Shown here: positions 1-11,412 of the stretch, one piece after another
Numbering within the stretch: position 1 is the stretch's first letter
How the letters are laid out: every line of letters starts with the position of its first letter
Made by a program: the position numbers and the translations under genes
Source of the DNA: Anthoceros angustus
Taxonomy: Eukaryota; Plantae; Anthocerotophyta
NCBI GenBank assembly: GCA_010909165.1
Contig: MU008161.1
Coordinates: 1,240,001 to 1,304,000 of the forward strand
Direction: 5' to 3'
Length of the DNA stretch: 64,000 nt
The notes under the pieces: generated by a model
What the model was told of the DNA's origin: nothing
Databases searched by the model: none
What the model saw: only the letters and a program-made list of their open reading frames with translations

Positions 1-148
1 CTAGAGGTGGGTCTCTACTGCTGCTTTTTCCTTGGTTTCTGTTCCTATTTTCATGTTACATGGTTGTCCAGCTTTGAGATTGTGGACTACTGTATCCGCA
101 CATGCATTGCCGCTCCTCAGCTTCTTGTAAATCTTGTGCATGACGCAG

Positions 149-721
149 GCTCTTTTCCGGAATGCGGTGTGGGAGCATCTTCAGTATCCGATAAGCCGAG
201 AGAATGAAGAAGCTATCTGTCGCAGTATCTTGGAAGGTTGTTCGACTGCCTTGTCAGGCTACTCCACCTCCGTTCAGGAGGTAAGACAGAGATTCACTGG
301 GTGCTATCTTTTATCGATGTCCACACTTCTTTGGGTCCCGCCAGGTTGAACATCCGCTTATCAAACAATGTATCACCCAAGTATGTGGACTTAGTGACGA
401 TCGCCTTGGGCTTGCCAGGATGTAGAGCTATTGAACTCAGGCCCGTTAAGCTCCAGAAGGGAGATAGCTGCAGTAGTAAGGCTCGGTGAAAAGCGCGTTC
501 TCCGCGAGTTGCAGACTTGGTTTGAAGGGCGTTTGGCAAATCTTGACAAACTGGAGTACTACGCTGAACGAAGACTGAAAGACTTGGGGCTTGTTGATGA
601 CAGAGGATACGAAACTCCTTGGGTGAGTTCTTGGTATTCCTTCGTTTCAATTAGCTCAAACATTTCACATGCCAAGGAGCCTAAAACCGTTGCGCTTCCT
701 ATGCAGGTTTTCAATGACTAG
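149..721 (+). CDS. RBCMT: 3' exons of Rubisco large-subunit N-methyltransferase (LSMT, SET-domain protein); the 5' part lies outside the window
   Basis: Exons 149-280, 419-622 and 707-721 have GT-AG borders. They translate to ALFRNAVWEHLQYPISRENEEAICRSILEGC...VRLGEKRVLRELQTWF...LEYYAERRLKDLGL, which matches the plant LSMT C-terminus as I recall it (LEYYQERRLKDLGL). Confidence 0.85.
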
Positions 722-1820
722 TGTATTCTCGCAGTCGCCTCCTGATGCAACTTCATGCTGGGCACAGACGCGCATCGAGTCTCCACGGAAGTAGGCTTGA
801 TTACCTCATCTCATGCTCCTCATCACGCTCTTAAAATTGTGTTTTCCTCACATCGTATCTGCTAACTAGTGCTGGTTCCCACCTGCCATCAGGTGAATGG
901 GCTGTCCGCCGACTTGTATTCCGTCTTATTAGCTCTAATGCGGAAGGCTGGTGAAAAGGAGGAACCAAAAGAACCACCGTAAGCTTGAATTCTCTTCTTC
1001 AATAGAAACTCCCTTCGCCCAATCGGTTCCGTTTACTTCCATGTACTGTGAGGTGATATCCGGATGTCCCAAATATAAAAGTACCTACCTGTTCTAGAAG
1101 ACTTATTGTTTGAGGGTATGGATTGATCCTCCAACAGGAAAAGGCCACCGACGCTTTGCCTCCGTTGGTTGCCGCGGACGTACTTGAGAGGGCGATGTGA
1201 GCTGGTGCCTTCCATAGTAGTAAAACTGGTTAGGAGTTGGAGGTTGGCTGGATAGCTACACGTATCTCTTTATGAAGGGAAGAGATAGGTGACCCATCTA
1301 CTAAAAGACATCAGGGAGACCCCAGGGGTGAACTCCAAAATCCGCAACCTTGGAGGTTCTCCAAATCAGAGAAGTATAAAGCAGGTGAGCCCCTACAGAA
1401 ACAAGACTCTCGGCACTTGAAGAGCTTGACACTCAATCCCAAGGAAAGACACAAGCTCGCGCAGGGAGTTAGTCATGTGAATAGCCCTCTAGTGAAAAAG
1501 GGCAAAGAGAGCAGGGATAGAAAGATGGTAAAAGATAGGGTGTTTGGAGGTTGGGGTGGATTCTACATATGGTGGGGCAGGCGCGCTGATGAGGTTCAGC
1601 ACGGAAAGCGGCGGCACCTGAGGAAGGTGACGCAGGCGAGCTACTGGTACTCCCTCGACTATAGGTACGTACCGAGGTTATGCGCGTGGCGAGCATCCAC
1701 AGTTCCGACCGGCCGCGTCCCGTCCGTAAGGCCCGTTTCCCGTTTGCCTCTTGAAGTATGGCGGGTGTGGGTGTGGCTGTGTGTGTGTGCCAGGCTCCAT
1801 GTATCAAAAGAGCTCCCCGC

Positions 1821-1846
1821 CTGCTGCTGCTGCTGCTGCTGCTGCT
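1821..1846. repeat. (CTG)n microsatellite, with a nearby (GT)n tract at ~1778-1789
   Basis: ctgctgctgctgctgctgctgctgct is directly visible upstream of the pfkB gene. Confidence 0.9.
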
Positions 1847-2016
1847 CACCAGAATTTTGCGTGAAAGACATGTGTGGATGCTCTCAGGTTTCCCCCCGAG
1901 GGCGGGGGGGCGCGAATGCCCAGATCGCCTTCCCAAGAGAGCCACAGCAGAGCGGGTGTGGAGGAAGGGCTTCTGATTGGCTGTGAGGTGGCAGGTGACC
2001 TCCTGCCCTGGCCGCC

Positions 2017-3974
2017 ATGCTTCAGGGAATTTCATGCCGCACAGGCCACCCCGCGGGGGCCCTGGGCTGGCGGATCGCAACGGGAGCCCCGGACTGCGCG
2101 GCCCAGTCAGCTGCGGGGAGCATTGAGGAGCGGCCATCCTGGCTGGGGTTGAGGATCGAGCCGCTGGTACGGGCAGGGTCGCGGGGCTGGGGACACGCAG
2201 CCAGGGGACGGGGTTGCGGCTATGATTTCGGGTTTGTGGTGGATTCGCTCAAGTGCGGCGAGGATGGGCAGGCCTCCTCGGCGCCAGCTTCTGCCAAGAC
2301 CGTGCTCCACGTCCCCGGCTCCGGGGCCACTCTGGGCACGTTCCTCGGGGAGCTGGAGCGCAGGAGGGATCGCATTGGCGGGGGGGCCAAGACGGGGCCC
2401 GTGGAGGTGGTGACGCTGGGCAATTTGTGCGTGGACATCCTGGTCAATGTGCCGCAGCTGCCCAAGCCGTCGTCCCAAGACAAGTACACATTCGTGCAGG
2501 GCTTGAGTTCTCCTGATGAGGTGGGTGTTCCGGCTGCTGGTTCCCCTGCTGGTTTCAGGCAATCTATGCAGCGCCAACGTTTGACCAAGGTGCGGTTTGC
2601 TGTTTGTTCGCAGATTTTTTGGGAAGGTGGTGGTAACTGTAATTTTGCCATTGCAGCAGCCAGGCTTGGACTGAAGTGTGTGGCGTTAGGGCATGTGGGC
2701 GAGGAGAAATTCGGGCATTTCTTGCATCGCGTTTTGCAGAAGGAAGGGGTGGATGTGGTGGGCATCGAGAGTGATGGGTGCACGCTGGGAGAGAATTATG
2801 ACGGGAACACTCTGGTTTGCTGGGTGCTTGTCGATCCGGAAAGGAGGCATGCGTTCTGCAGGTAGCGTTCTACATGTGCCTTTGGGTTTACATGAAATCA
2901 GGGCGTTGGCATGATCATCAGCACCTGGTGGCACTACTCCGTAAGGTGAGGTGGCTAATGGAGGCTTTGGCATGATTTCCCTATTGCAGCCGTTACGATT
3001 ATAATCAGACTCCTGTGTTCGACAAGCTGAGTGGCCTCCCATCTGAAGCTGATGACTTGATCCAGAGGACTAGGGCAGTTTTTTGCAACGGATTTGTGTA
3101 TGATGAGCTGTCACCTCCAGTTGTTTTAGAGACTGTGGGACGAGCTCGACAAGCGGGGTCTGCCATTTTCTTCGATCCCGGACCCAGAGGCAAAGCTCTA
3201 AAACAGGGCACTGTGGAGCAGCAGCAGTCCCTGAACAGACTCCTGAGCATGTCAGATGTGATTCTACTAACCGACGATGAGGTACTGCTGCAACCTGTCA
3301 GTCTTATATGTGTTGCGGTTGGCAGTTGCTGGGGGTTTTCGAACGGGAGCTGCGAGCTGAGCACTGACCACGTATCTGTACACAGGCAGAGGCGTTGACC
3401 GGGATCTCTGAGCCGGGATCTGCTGCACGATCTCTACTTGAGCAGGCCAAGCACGCAAAATGGGTTGTTGTGAAGCTGGGTGCGAGAGGCTGCCTGCTGG
3501 CAACCGCCCAAGGAATGTACGAGTTTCCTGGGTTTGAGGTGGGCTTTTGATCCGGAACGTACTCAGATACATAGTCCAGTCAGTGTAACTTATGAGCGCT
3601 TGAGACATTCACGTTTTGCTTAGTTTGCATTCCATACCTCTCTGATTGGTTGGTCTTGTTGAATGCAGGTGGAAGTGAAGGACACCGTTGGCTGCGGCGA
3701 CAGCTTTGCAGCTGCCATCGTTCTCGGATACACACGCGGGGTTCCTGTCACAACTACTCTAGCCCTAGCAAACGCAGTTGGAGCAGCTACGGCTATGGGG
3801 TTTGGGGCAGGTCGCAATGTAGCGTCGTCTAGCACAGTGTTGAAAATCTTAGCAGAGTGTAATGTGTACGACAATTTCACCGATGAGCCAGGATCAGCTC
3901 TCTCACAAACAGAGTTTCCGGCTGCTATTAGAGATGCTTTGGGTTTGCTGCAAAAAGTTCTGGAGAAGAAATAG
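2017..3974 (+). CDS. pfkB-family carbohydrate kinase with a probable plastid transit peptide, 5 exons
   Basis: Exons are ~2017-2520, 2614-2861, ~2989-3280, ~3384-3538 and 3669-3974. Motifs: VVTLGNLCVDI, GGNCNFAIAAARLG (pfkB signature 1), FFDPGPRG, VVVKLGARGC and DTVGCGDSF (signature 2). Confidence 0.9.
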
Positions 3975-4419
3975 CTTGCCTTATTTGCGTCCAAGCTTGT
4001 TGTGAGATACGTACGTCCTGGAACTTCCGAGATCGAAAACTCTAATTCGGATTCTTCAAGGGTGCACGACTCAAATTCAGATGCCTCCAAGTGGGGCGGG
4101 TGGGCAACGGACACATGATGGGAAATCATGTGAAAGCTGTTTACATCCCATGATGTGAAGTTGTTGTTTACACTTTCAGACCTGGAAGTGAATCTGAATT
4201 TTGAATTGCCCGGTCAGATTTGAACCTGTCCCTTCAGCTCCTTCTCAAATAGGAAATGATTTAACTGATGGCGTGACGCGTGCAACTGAGACGGGTCACT
4301 GGCTTCGCGATGGAGCTCTAGGCTCCGCGATTTTGGAGCTTCGGGCTGGGAGATTCCCAGGAGCGACCGGAAGCGGAGGCTACTATTTTGCAAGCTACAG
4401 CCCGGATATTTAGAAGTAA

Positions 4420-4580
4420 TAAGATATTAAATTTAAATAATGTTTATTATAGTAAATCGATATTTATCATAATAAAAATATTTAATTACAGTTAAAAGAT
4501 ACTTATTCTCATATAAAGATGTTAATCACAGTTAAAAGATGTTTATTATAGTAAAAAGATTTTTATTATAGTAAGAATTA
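4420..4580. repeat. AT-rich degenerate minisatellite
   Basis: Recurring ttattatagtaa and ttaa(t/c)cacagttaaaagat-like units. Confidence 0.5.
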
Positions 4581-4974
4581 GTTCAGGAGCACCCTTTGTA
4601 GCCCTTTTTCAGCAAACAATATTTACTTTGCATGACAAGTGACTTCCTTTTCAAGACTTGCTAGTCCCTTATATAAAGACCAAGACAGTGTGCAACTTTA
4701 TCTCTGCTTTACATCAAAAAGCTTCACGATCCCTCTAGCTTCCTGGTGCCCTAAAAGCTTCACGGTTCCCCTAGCTTCTTTGTATCCTTGGAATGAGTTT
4801 GAAAGGGATATAAATTTATTTCTTGCTATTTGTCTTAAAAAAAAAGCTTTGAAAGACGTATCGAGCCCTACAACGTTCAGCGGTCTCGTTCTACACATAT
4901 ACCCATTTAAAAAACATTATGGCGATCTTATAAACTTTTAGGGAATCTTATCAAACGAAGAGCTTTAAAAGAGC

Positions 4975-5703
4975 ATGACTATGGAGAACTCTAAGCAGGT
5001 TTTGCTCATCCAACCGATGAGACAAGACCAAGTCTCTCAAGTAGAAAGCTTATTTATGGAAGAATTTGAAGACAAAGATTTGCAAGACCATGTGAGGGAC
5101 GCACAAAGTCTTGTGGTAGTGGCCATGGACTCATCTGGAATTGAGCAACACAGTTTGCTCATGGGTGCTATTCACGTACTTTTTCCATGTACTAGATGGT
5201 TTGAAGATGATGAAGACAAGGTTGCTCTGATTGGCTATCTTGCTGTGGCCGAGGGATATCGTGGAAGAGGGATAGGCACACAATTGCTCACCGCCATGGA
5301 AACAAGGGTTCGTGAGCTCGGGCATTCCAAACTTTACTTGTTTTGTGAGTCCGATAATGTACAAGCCCTAAACTTATATTTGAAAGTGGGCTTTGAAATA
5401 ATCAAAACAGACTGTGAATATGATGAAGACGATGATGAGCACAAGGATGAAAAAGTAAAATATCTCATGATGAGAAAAAGGCTAAAGTGCATTGGAAGAG
5501 CAAGAATGTTTTGTGAGTGTGATAGGATACAATCCCTACTTGTATACTTCAAAGCAGGCTGTGGTGCTGTGCGCGGTAGTGTCTGCAGTGTGGTGCGCGG
5601 TGTGCGGAGTGTTGTGCGGTCTGGGTGGGTGGCTCTGTCGCGCTCAGCATGGGGTATTGGGGTTGATATCGCGGTGAGCATGGGGTGGAGGAGGTCGCGG
5701 TGA
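4975..5703 (+). CDS. Intronless GNAT (RimI-like) N-acetyltransferase with a low-complexity C-terminal tail
   Basis: ATG-initiated 242-aa ORF. It has IGYLAVAEGYRGRGIG (acetyl-CoA motif A) and LYLFCESDNVQALNLYLKVGF (motif B). Confidence 0.8.
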   Translation: MTMENSKQVLLIQPMRQDQVSQVESLFMEEFEDKDLQDHVRDAQSLVVVAMDSSGIEQHSLLMGAIHVLFPCTRWFEDDEDKVALIGYLAVAEGYRGRGIGTQLLTAMETRVRELGHSKLYLFCESDNVQALNLYLKVGFEIIKTDCEYDEDDDEHKDEKVKYLMMRKRLKCIGRARMFCECDRIQSLLVYFKAGCGAVRGSVCSVVRGVRSVVRSGWVALSRSAWGIGVDIAVSMGWRRSR

Positions 5704-5892
5704 GGACATGATTTAGAGTTTTAGGTGCCACGACTGTGGTGGTTGGTGTGAAGGAGGTCGCGGTGAAGACATGATTTTGGGTTTTAGGAGGTGCGACGAC
5801 TGTGGTGGGTGGTGTGGAGGAGGTCGTGGTGAGGGCATGATTTTGAGTTTTAGGTGCAGCGATTGTGGTGGTGGTGTGGAGGAGGTCGTGGT
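5688..5892. repeat. ~63-bp degenerate tandem repeat, about 3.3 copies
   Basis: aggtcg(c/t)gg recurs at ~5691, 5755, 5821 and 5883. The minus strand reads Pro/His-rich SPRPPPHHPPQS repeats. Confidence 0.8.
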
Positions 5893-6549
5893 TATTGTAC
5901 TGCGATAATTATAATTGTCTTTGATAATTCCATGCATCTACGAGCAGCTAGGTTTTTGTACCTCTGAGTTAGGTGAGTGTTTTTCTTCTTCCAGAATGGC
6001 TGCTATGATGCGGGGACGACCCATGGTAGATTAGCTCATAGAAGTTGATTTTTTGCATGCGATGAATGAGTAAGTTGAGATGAATGAATAAGTCCTTCGG
6101 ATCTGACAGATACAAAATAATTTGATATTTTAAATTATTATATAATATAAAAGCAAAAAATTACTATCTTAATTCCAATTTTATAATTTAGGATAATTAG
6201 ATCCGTTTAGATTTATGAATAGGTAGTGTTTTCAACCCTATATAGGTTATCTGGAAGGTTTGATTGCCGTATTTTTGTCAATAGGGAGTTTGAATGAATG
6301 CTACTACTAGTTACAAGAGCAAATGGATACGAGATCACCTAGTACATATGTACCTAGAAGAATCATGTATTTTTCTCTAGTAGGTCTCCGAAAGCCCTAA
6401 GATGCTATCACTTGGTGGTCTTCGATTCTGTGCTTGCATGTGTGAGGAATGTCGGTGCGCAGGTTTTGAGGGATAGGCCTGTGAAATATCGGGTTCGAGG
6501 ATCTTCGGGGATGGCATGAATTTGAGGTTGGACCGTTGAGTTTGTGAGG

Positions 6550-7731
6550 ATGTTGATGCAAGTAGGCGGGGATGGCTTCCGCCCGACCTTCTTCGAGATG
6601 GTGGCTGCACAGCTCCTGCCTGGCAGTCTGCGGGCTGCGCTCCTCTATTGCCTGGGAGTGATGGCTCAGAGAAGTCCCATACTGCACAGAATCCTGGACT
6701 ACAGTGACGAATCGTTTGCAGCTCTGATGCTGATGCTGGAGTCGCACAGCCTGAGCACAAACGACGCCTCCTTCTCCGAGGCTCTGTACGGGCTGAGGCG
6801 CTCATCGGTGGAGATGAGCTCGGCTGGCCTGGCGGCCGCCAACGGTGAACCCGCGGCCACGGCACCGGCTGCCCTTGGTCTCACAAGGCGGCAGAAGGTT
6901 CACTCCTTGCTCTTTCTTGTCGGCCTGCCGTATCTCAATTCCAAGCTGCAGGCTGCGTTCAGGCGGCACACGGCGGGGTTGCTGCAGGCGGCGCTATGGA
7001 CGAGCGGTGAAGCGGACATGCTGGACGGAGAGGTGTCGGACTTAGTTGATGCCACCAGGACGCAGAGGTTCGGGCACGAGCTGTCCGCGTGGGAGCGGCT
7101 CAAGAGCCGGTGGATCTCTTTGCTGGCATGGTGTTACCCGTGGATTTTGGCCATAAGCGAAGGGTGCAACTTCGGTTACCAGCTTCTCTACCTGCTCAAC
7201 GCCATTCCTTACTTCAATCCGGGTCTGCATTTCATGAGGTTGATTGTGCGGAGGACAACAGGCCAGGAGCTCCTCAACAGCGCTAAGCAGATCGCGGAGA
7301 GAAGGGATCAGGAGTTCCAGAGAGTTCCAGGGCCTCCCTTTGCCCAGGCTTTGCAGCGAGGGTTTCTACGGGCCGCGTATAACACTCTCGACTATGCGCA
7401 CACCGGTCTCATCGCCTCGGTCTTCCTGTTCAAGATGATGGAGTGGTGGTATCAATCCGCAGAGCAGAGGGTGTCAGCTCCGACAATCTATCCTCCTCCT
7501 CCCCCGCCTCCGGCCCCAAGGGTCGCTGCCGACGGCATTGGGTTACCGTCAGACCCCAGGGCTTGTCCGCTGTGCACGCAGAAGAGGACAAATCCGACCA
7601 TGGTGTCCGTTTCCGGCTTTGTTTTCTGCTATCCGTGTATCTTCAAGTATGTGTCGCAGTATAAGCGATGTCCCGTCACTCTGATCCCAGCTGAGGTAGA
7701 GCACATTCGGCGTCTATATTACGACAGCTGA
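6550..7731 (+). CDS. PEX12: Peroxin 12, peroxisomal RING-finger protein; intronless
   Basis: ATG at 6550. It starts MLMQVGGDGFRPTFFEMVAAQ and contains FKMMEWWYQSAE. The C-terminal RING is CPLCTQKRTNPT..SGFVFCYPCIFKYVSQYKRCPVT. Confidence 0.97.
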   Translation: MLMQVGGDGFRPTFFEMVAAQLLPGSLRAALLYCLGVMAQRSPILHRILDYSDESFAALMLMLESHSLSTNDASFSEALYGLRRSSVEMSSAGLAAANGEPAATAPAALGLTRRQKVHSLLFLVGLPYLNSKLQAAFRRHTAGLLQAALWTSGEADMLDGEVSDLVDATRTQRFGHELSAWERLKSRWISLLAWCYPWILAISEGCNFGYQLLYLLNAIPYFNPGLHFMRLIVRRTTGQELLNSAKQIAERRDQEFQRVPGPPFAQALQRGFLRAAYNTLDYAHTGLIASVFLFKMMEWWYQSAEQRVSAPTIYPPPPPPPAPRVAADGIGLPSDPRACPLCTQKRTNPTMVSVSGFVFCYPCIFKYVSQYKRCPVTLIPAEVEHIRRLYYDS

Positions 7732-7878
7732 GCATATGCTAGCATTCCTTCCTTTCGAAGCCAAGAGCGCGGCGCTATCTACAAATAGACCTCTCCAGTG
7801 GATCATGACGAGCATTCTCGTCTTTCAGGCGACTTCACCGAATCGAAACGTCCAAATCAAAAAGTTCAATGGGCACCA

Positions 7879-8252
7879 GCACAATTCTTTCTCTTGTATC
7901 TGGTTGAAAGTCTGAAGCACAGATCCCACATCTTGACAAAGCAAATGTGAAGAGCACAATTCTTTCTCTTGTATGTAGTAGGTTAGTTTGGTGCACAGAT
8001 CTCACAGCTTGTTAAAGCAGATGTAAAGAGCACAATTCTTTCTCTTGTACGTGATAGGTAGTGTGGAGCACAGATCCCACACCTTGTCAAAGCAGATGTA
8101 AAGAGCACAATTCCTTCTCTTGTACGTAATAGGTAGTGTGGAGCACAGATCCCACACCTTGTCAAAGCAGATGTAAAGAGCACAATTCCTTCTCTTGTAC
8201 TTAGTAGGTAGTGTGGAGCACAGATCCCACACCTTGCCAAAGCAAATGTAAA
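7879..8252. repeat. 75-bp tandem minisatellite, about 4.5-5 copies
   Basis: gcacagat anchors fall at 7917, 7993, 8068, 8143 and 8218 (period 76, 75, 75, 75). There are no unique spacers. Confidence 0.95.
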
Positions 8253-8873
8253 GGTCTGAAAAATCTAACAGTCAGCTATGACTGTTTTATCTTTTAGAGA
8301 ACAGAAAACTCTCTATCCAGCACCTTTAAAAATGTCGGCTTCCTGAAACAAGGGCCTGGCTAGGAGAGGCTGATGAACCCCTGGGAGTGTTCTCTTCTCT
8401 TCGGCAATCTCATTCTTCCCACCATCTTAAGCCCATCAAAACCCCAGGAAGAAGAGAACAACAGATAAAAATACATCAGCCTAGTCAATCCGAAGTTGCA
8501 AATTACACAGGCTTGTTTCCGCAGTATCAGCTGTGCACTCCTCCTATATAACCGCGTATCTGTCCACTTCGCCTGAGGCAACAGGATTGGGATGCAAGAT
8601 TAGAGAATGAGAGGGACCATTGCCTTCCAAACCTTCCAGTAGGGTGAATGAGCAAGGTGGTTGTACCAGACAACAAACATAGACGACGTTGGTCCGCTTT
8701 ACAATGGCAAACGCTCCAAGCTTGCAAACATAGTAGCTTAGCTTGTCAAAGTCGTGGAGGCGCTGCATTTCAAACATACCAGCTGCCCGCCTGCATGACA
8801 CGTGTAACAACATTTCTTCTCCGGTCTGGATTCCACATTTTAATTTGAAAACGGGAGGGAGGGGAGTGTTACC

Positions 8874-10562
8874 TTAGGCACCGAAGATGCGTACTTCATA
8901 CAGCTGGGAAGTAGGCTCCTTGCTCAGGCGCCTTAGGCCTTCAAAATTTCTCCTGTTCCCCAGAAACTCGCTTCTCCTCATGGACACATACCCTGACTCC
9001 ACGCTCTGCTTTGACGCATAACACGATCGGAGACGGTCGGCGACTTTAGAGTCAGTGTGCAGAGCCACTCGGACCTCATCCGGAGAAAGGAAATCCTGCA
9101 TTTCCATTCACAACAACATCATTCACTCCCGAACGCATCTAACCTGAAATGGACTCGTTCTGCAGCATCTCTGAGAAACATCACTCCCTACCTGGTAGAA
9201 TTTACTGATGCATTCCAGGATGTGCTGCCTCGTAAACCCTCGGTCGCTCACAAACGTCTTGGACGAGGGTCCGATTTCAGAGAACTGATCCACAGGAAAC
9301 AGGAGAGTGAGAAAGGTGGGCGTGTACACGACCTCCCACCTCTCCGACTCGGTCATGGCCCGAGTGACCACCTCCCCGTCCAACCCACCCGACCCCTCCT
9401 TCCCCCGCACCCGGTCGTGCGCATCGAAGCAGAGAGCCACACACGCCGTCCCCGGCGGCTCCGTCACGCACCAGCACACCGTGTCCAAGAGCGCGGCCGG
9501 AGTGAACGGATGCACATTGGTCCGGAACGCCTGCAGCCTGGCCGACCTCCTCCTCCTCACATCCGCCTTGGCCGCAGCCACCTCGTCCAGCCTCTCCCGC
9601 AGCGCCGCCTGCCCCATCCTGTCGTCCGGAGGCCCGCAGATGGCCAGCCTCGCCCCCTGCCGCCCCCCCTGGCTCCCCCGCGCGTGCTCCAGGAAGCACG
9701 CCAGCTGCCGGGACAGATCCACCGAGAAATGCACGCACCGCTCCTGCTCCCGCTCCTTGGCCGTCCGCAGCACCCAGGTCGGGGACACGATGTGCGTGTT
9801 GAAGCCCACGTACCGCAGCAGCGCCGTGCCCTCGCACACCACGTGCGTCGCGCTGCACCCGATGAACCAGTTCTCCACCATCTCGGCACTCCCCGCAGCG
9901 ACCGCCTCCAGAACCTTCTCCCGCACTTCCCCGTGCAAGTCCGCGTCCAGGTAGAAGCAGGCCCCGGAGAAAACCTGCTGCTGCTGCAGTTCCCGCTGCT
10001 GCTGCGGAGGCTGATTCTGCTGCGTCCTGGAAATGGCGGCCCGGCGGAATCCCGGGGGGAGGCAGAATCTGTCGGAGGGAACCGCCAGGATGGCCTTGGA
10101 GAAATCCTCCGGGCGCACTCCAGCGTCCATCTGGCTGCGCTCCACCCGGTAGGGCTCCTCGTCCAGCCGCGAGTGCTGCCGGGCGCAGTTCACGAACCAG
10201 GCCAGGGTGACGACGAAGAGGCCGCGCCGGAGGCCGTGCTTCACGGCGTGCTCGAACTTACGGCCGGCGAAGATCTGCACCACCAGGTGCGTGCAGTGCG
10301 GGTGCAGATCGGGGCTGTAGGATCCCCCCATGGCCTCCGTCGCCTGCTGCACCTGCTTCCTCGCCTCCTTCGTCAGCCCAGTCACGCACACCACCAGCCC
10401 CCAGAACGGCCCCCTCCGTTGCCCCTGCCCCAGCCTGCTGCTGCTCTGCCTCGACAGGGAGGAGAGCACGCTCTGCTGCGACACGGACTGGGGCGTGCCA
10501 GCCACGAAGGGCGTGGCTGATCCAGCAGCCGGGGACGGCCTCTGCTGCTGCTGGTGATCCAT
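8874..10562 (-). CDS. BRCT-domain protein (At3g43930-like as I recall it), 2 exons
   Basis: Exon 1 is 10562-9192 and contains the BRCT core LVVCVTGL...MGGSYSPDLHPHCTHLVV...VTLAWFVNC plus a second BRCT-like repeat. The GT-AG intron is 9191-9096. Exon 2 ends ALHTDSKVADRLRSCY...LYEVRIFGA*. Confidence 0.88.
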
Positions 10563-11412
10563 CTCCCCCCAGCCACGGCGATCCCGCTCGGCCTGGAGCT
10601 ACTCAGATCAAAAGGGCCCCCACATCGGAACTCCCCGAGCTCCAGGCCCAATTCCATTGCTGCCTCAGGCGGGAGCACTGGGGCTCAGAGTGACAGCCAG
10701 CTGCAGAGCGGATGCGGAAATCATGTGGCCCACCTGCCATTGTCGGAACTCAACCTCCCTCTAGGGTCCGATGGCATTTACCCTGCGCCGGCCAGCAGCC
10801 CGAGACCCCGGGGCCGGACGGAGCCCGAGTCGTCACCAGTGGAGTCGTACAGACGGAGTCCGGGTGGCAGTGAGTTTGTCTTGGCATGTTCCCACCGCCC
10901 GCCTTGCCCCAACCAGGTCAGGGCTCACTGGGCTGCGGTGCAGGCATGAGCAGCACCAGCCTTTGCTCCGCGCACTTCTTCTTGTGCGTAACGACCTGCT
11001 TGAAGAGCACAAGGCAGCAGCAGACTGTCAGAAATTTTCTCCAAGATTCCCCGTGTGTCACCCGCCCGCCTGGAAGAGCAGGCCAGGCTCACGAGTCCAC
11101 ATGCTTGCAGGAGTCCGGAGCCAGCAGCCGGCAGCCAGAGGCCGCGGCATACTAGCCTGTCTCGGCGTGCACACAGACCGGGACTTGGGCATGCGAAGCA
11201 CGGATGTATGTACAGTAGGCAGCCACGGACAATAAAATGCACATTTCTTCTTTGTCCTGGAGGTGCCGCATATCCAGGAACTGCTGCCTCTGTAGATGTG
11301 ATTTCGGCGTTTAGTTGTTGCCATCATCGTTTCGGGCAGGCAAGCCATGAAACGCATGATCGTTGCAAGCGCATGACACCACAACCAAATCCCTCAAACC
11401 CGGAAAAGATCT

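Noticed and set aside
1469-2137. 222-aa minus-strand ORF
   Set aside because: It overlaps the pfkB start, has low-complexity composition and no recognisable domain.
7879-8252. CRISPR-like array (also considered 15472-15535 and 18297-18359)
   Set aside because: These are tandem units with no unique spacers, no cas genes, and a eukaryotic context.
9057-10520. 487-aa plus-strand ORF
   Set aside because: It is the antisense shadow of the GC-rich BRCT gene; Pro/Arg/His-rich with no domain.
10554-11400. Several overlapping ORFs between the BRCT and PPR genes
   Set aside because: They are GC-rich chance ORFs in the likely BRCT promoter/5' UTR and PPR 3' UTR.
11058-11412. Possible DYW domain downstream of the PPR stop
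   Set aside because: The three frames I read show no HSEKLA or CxDCH motif.
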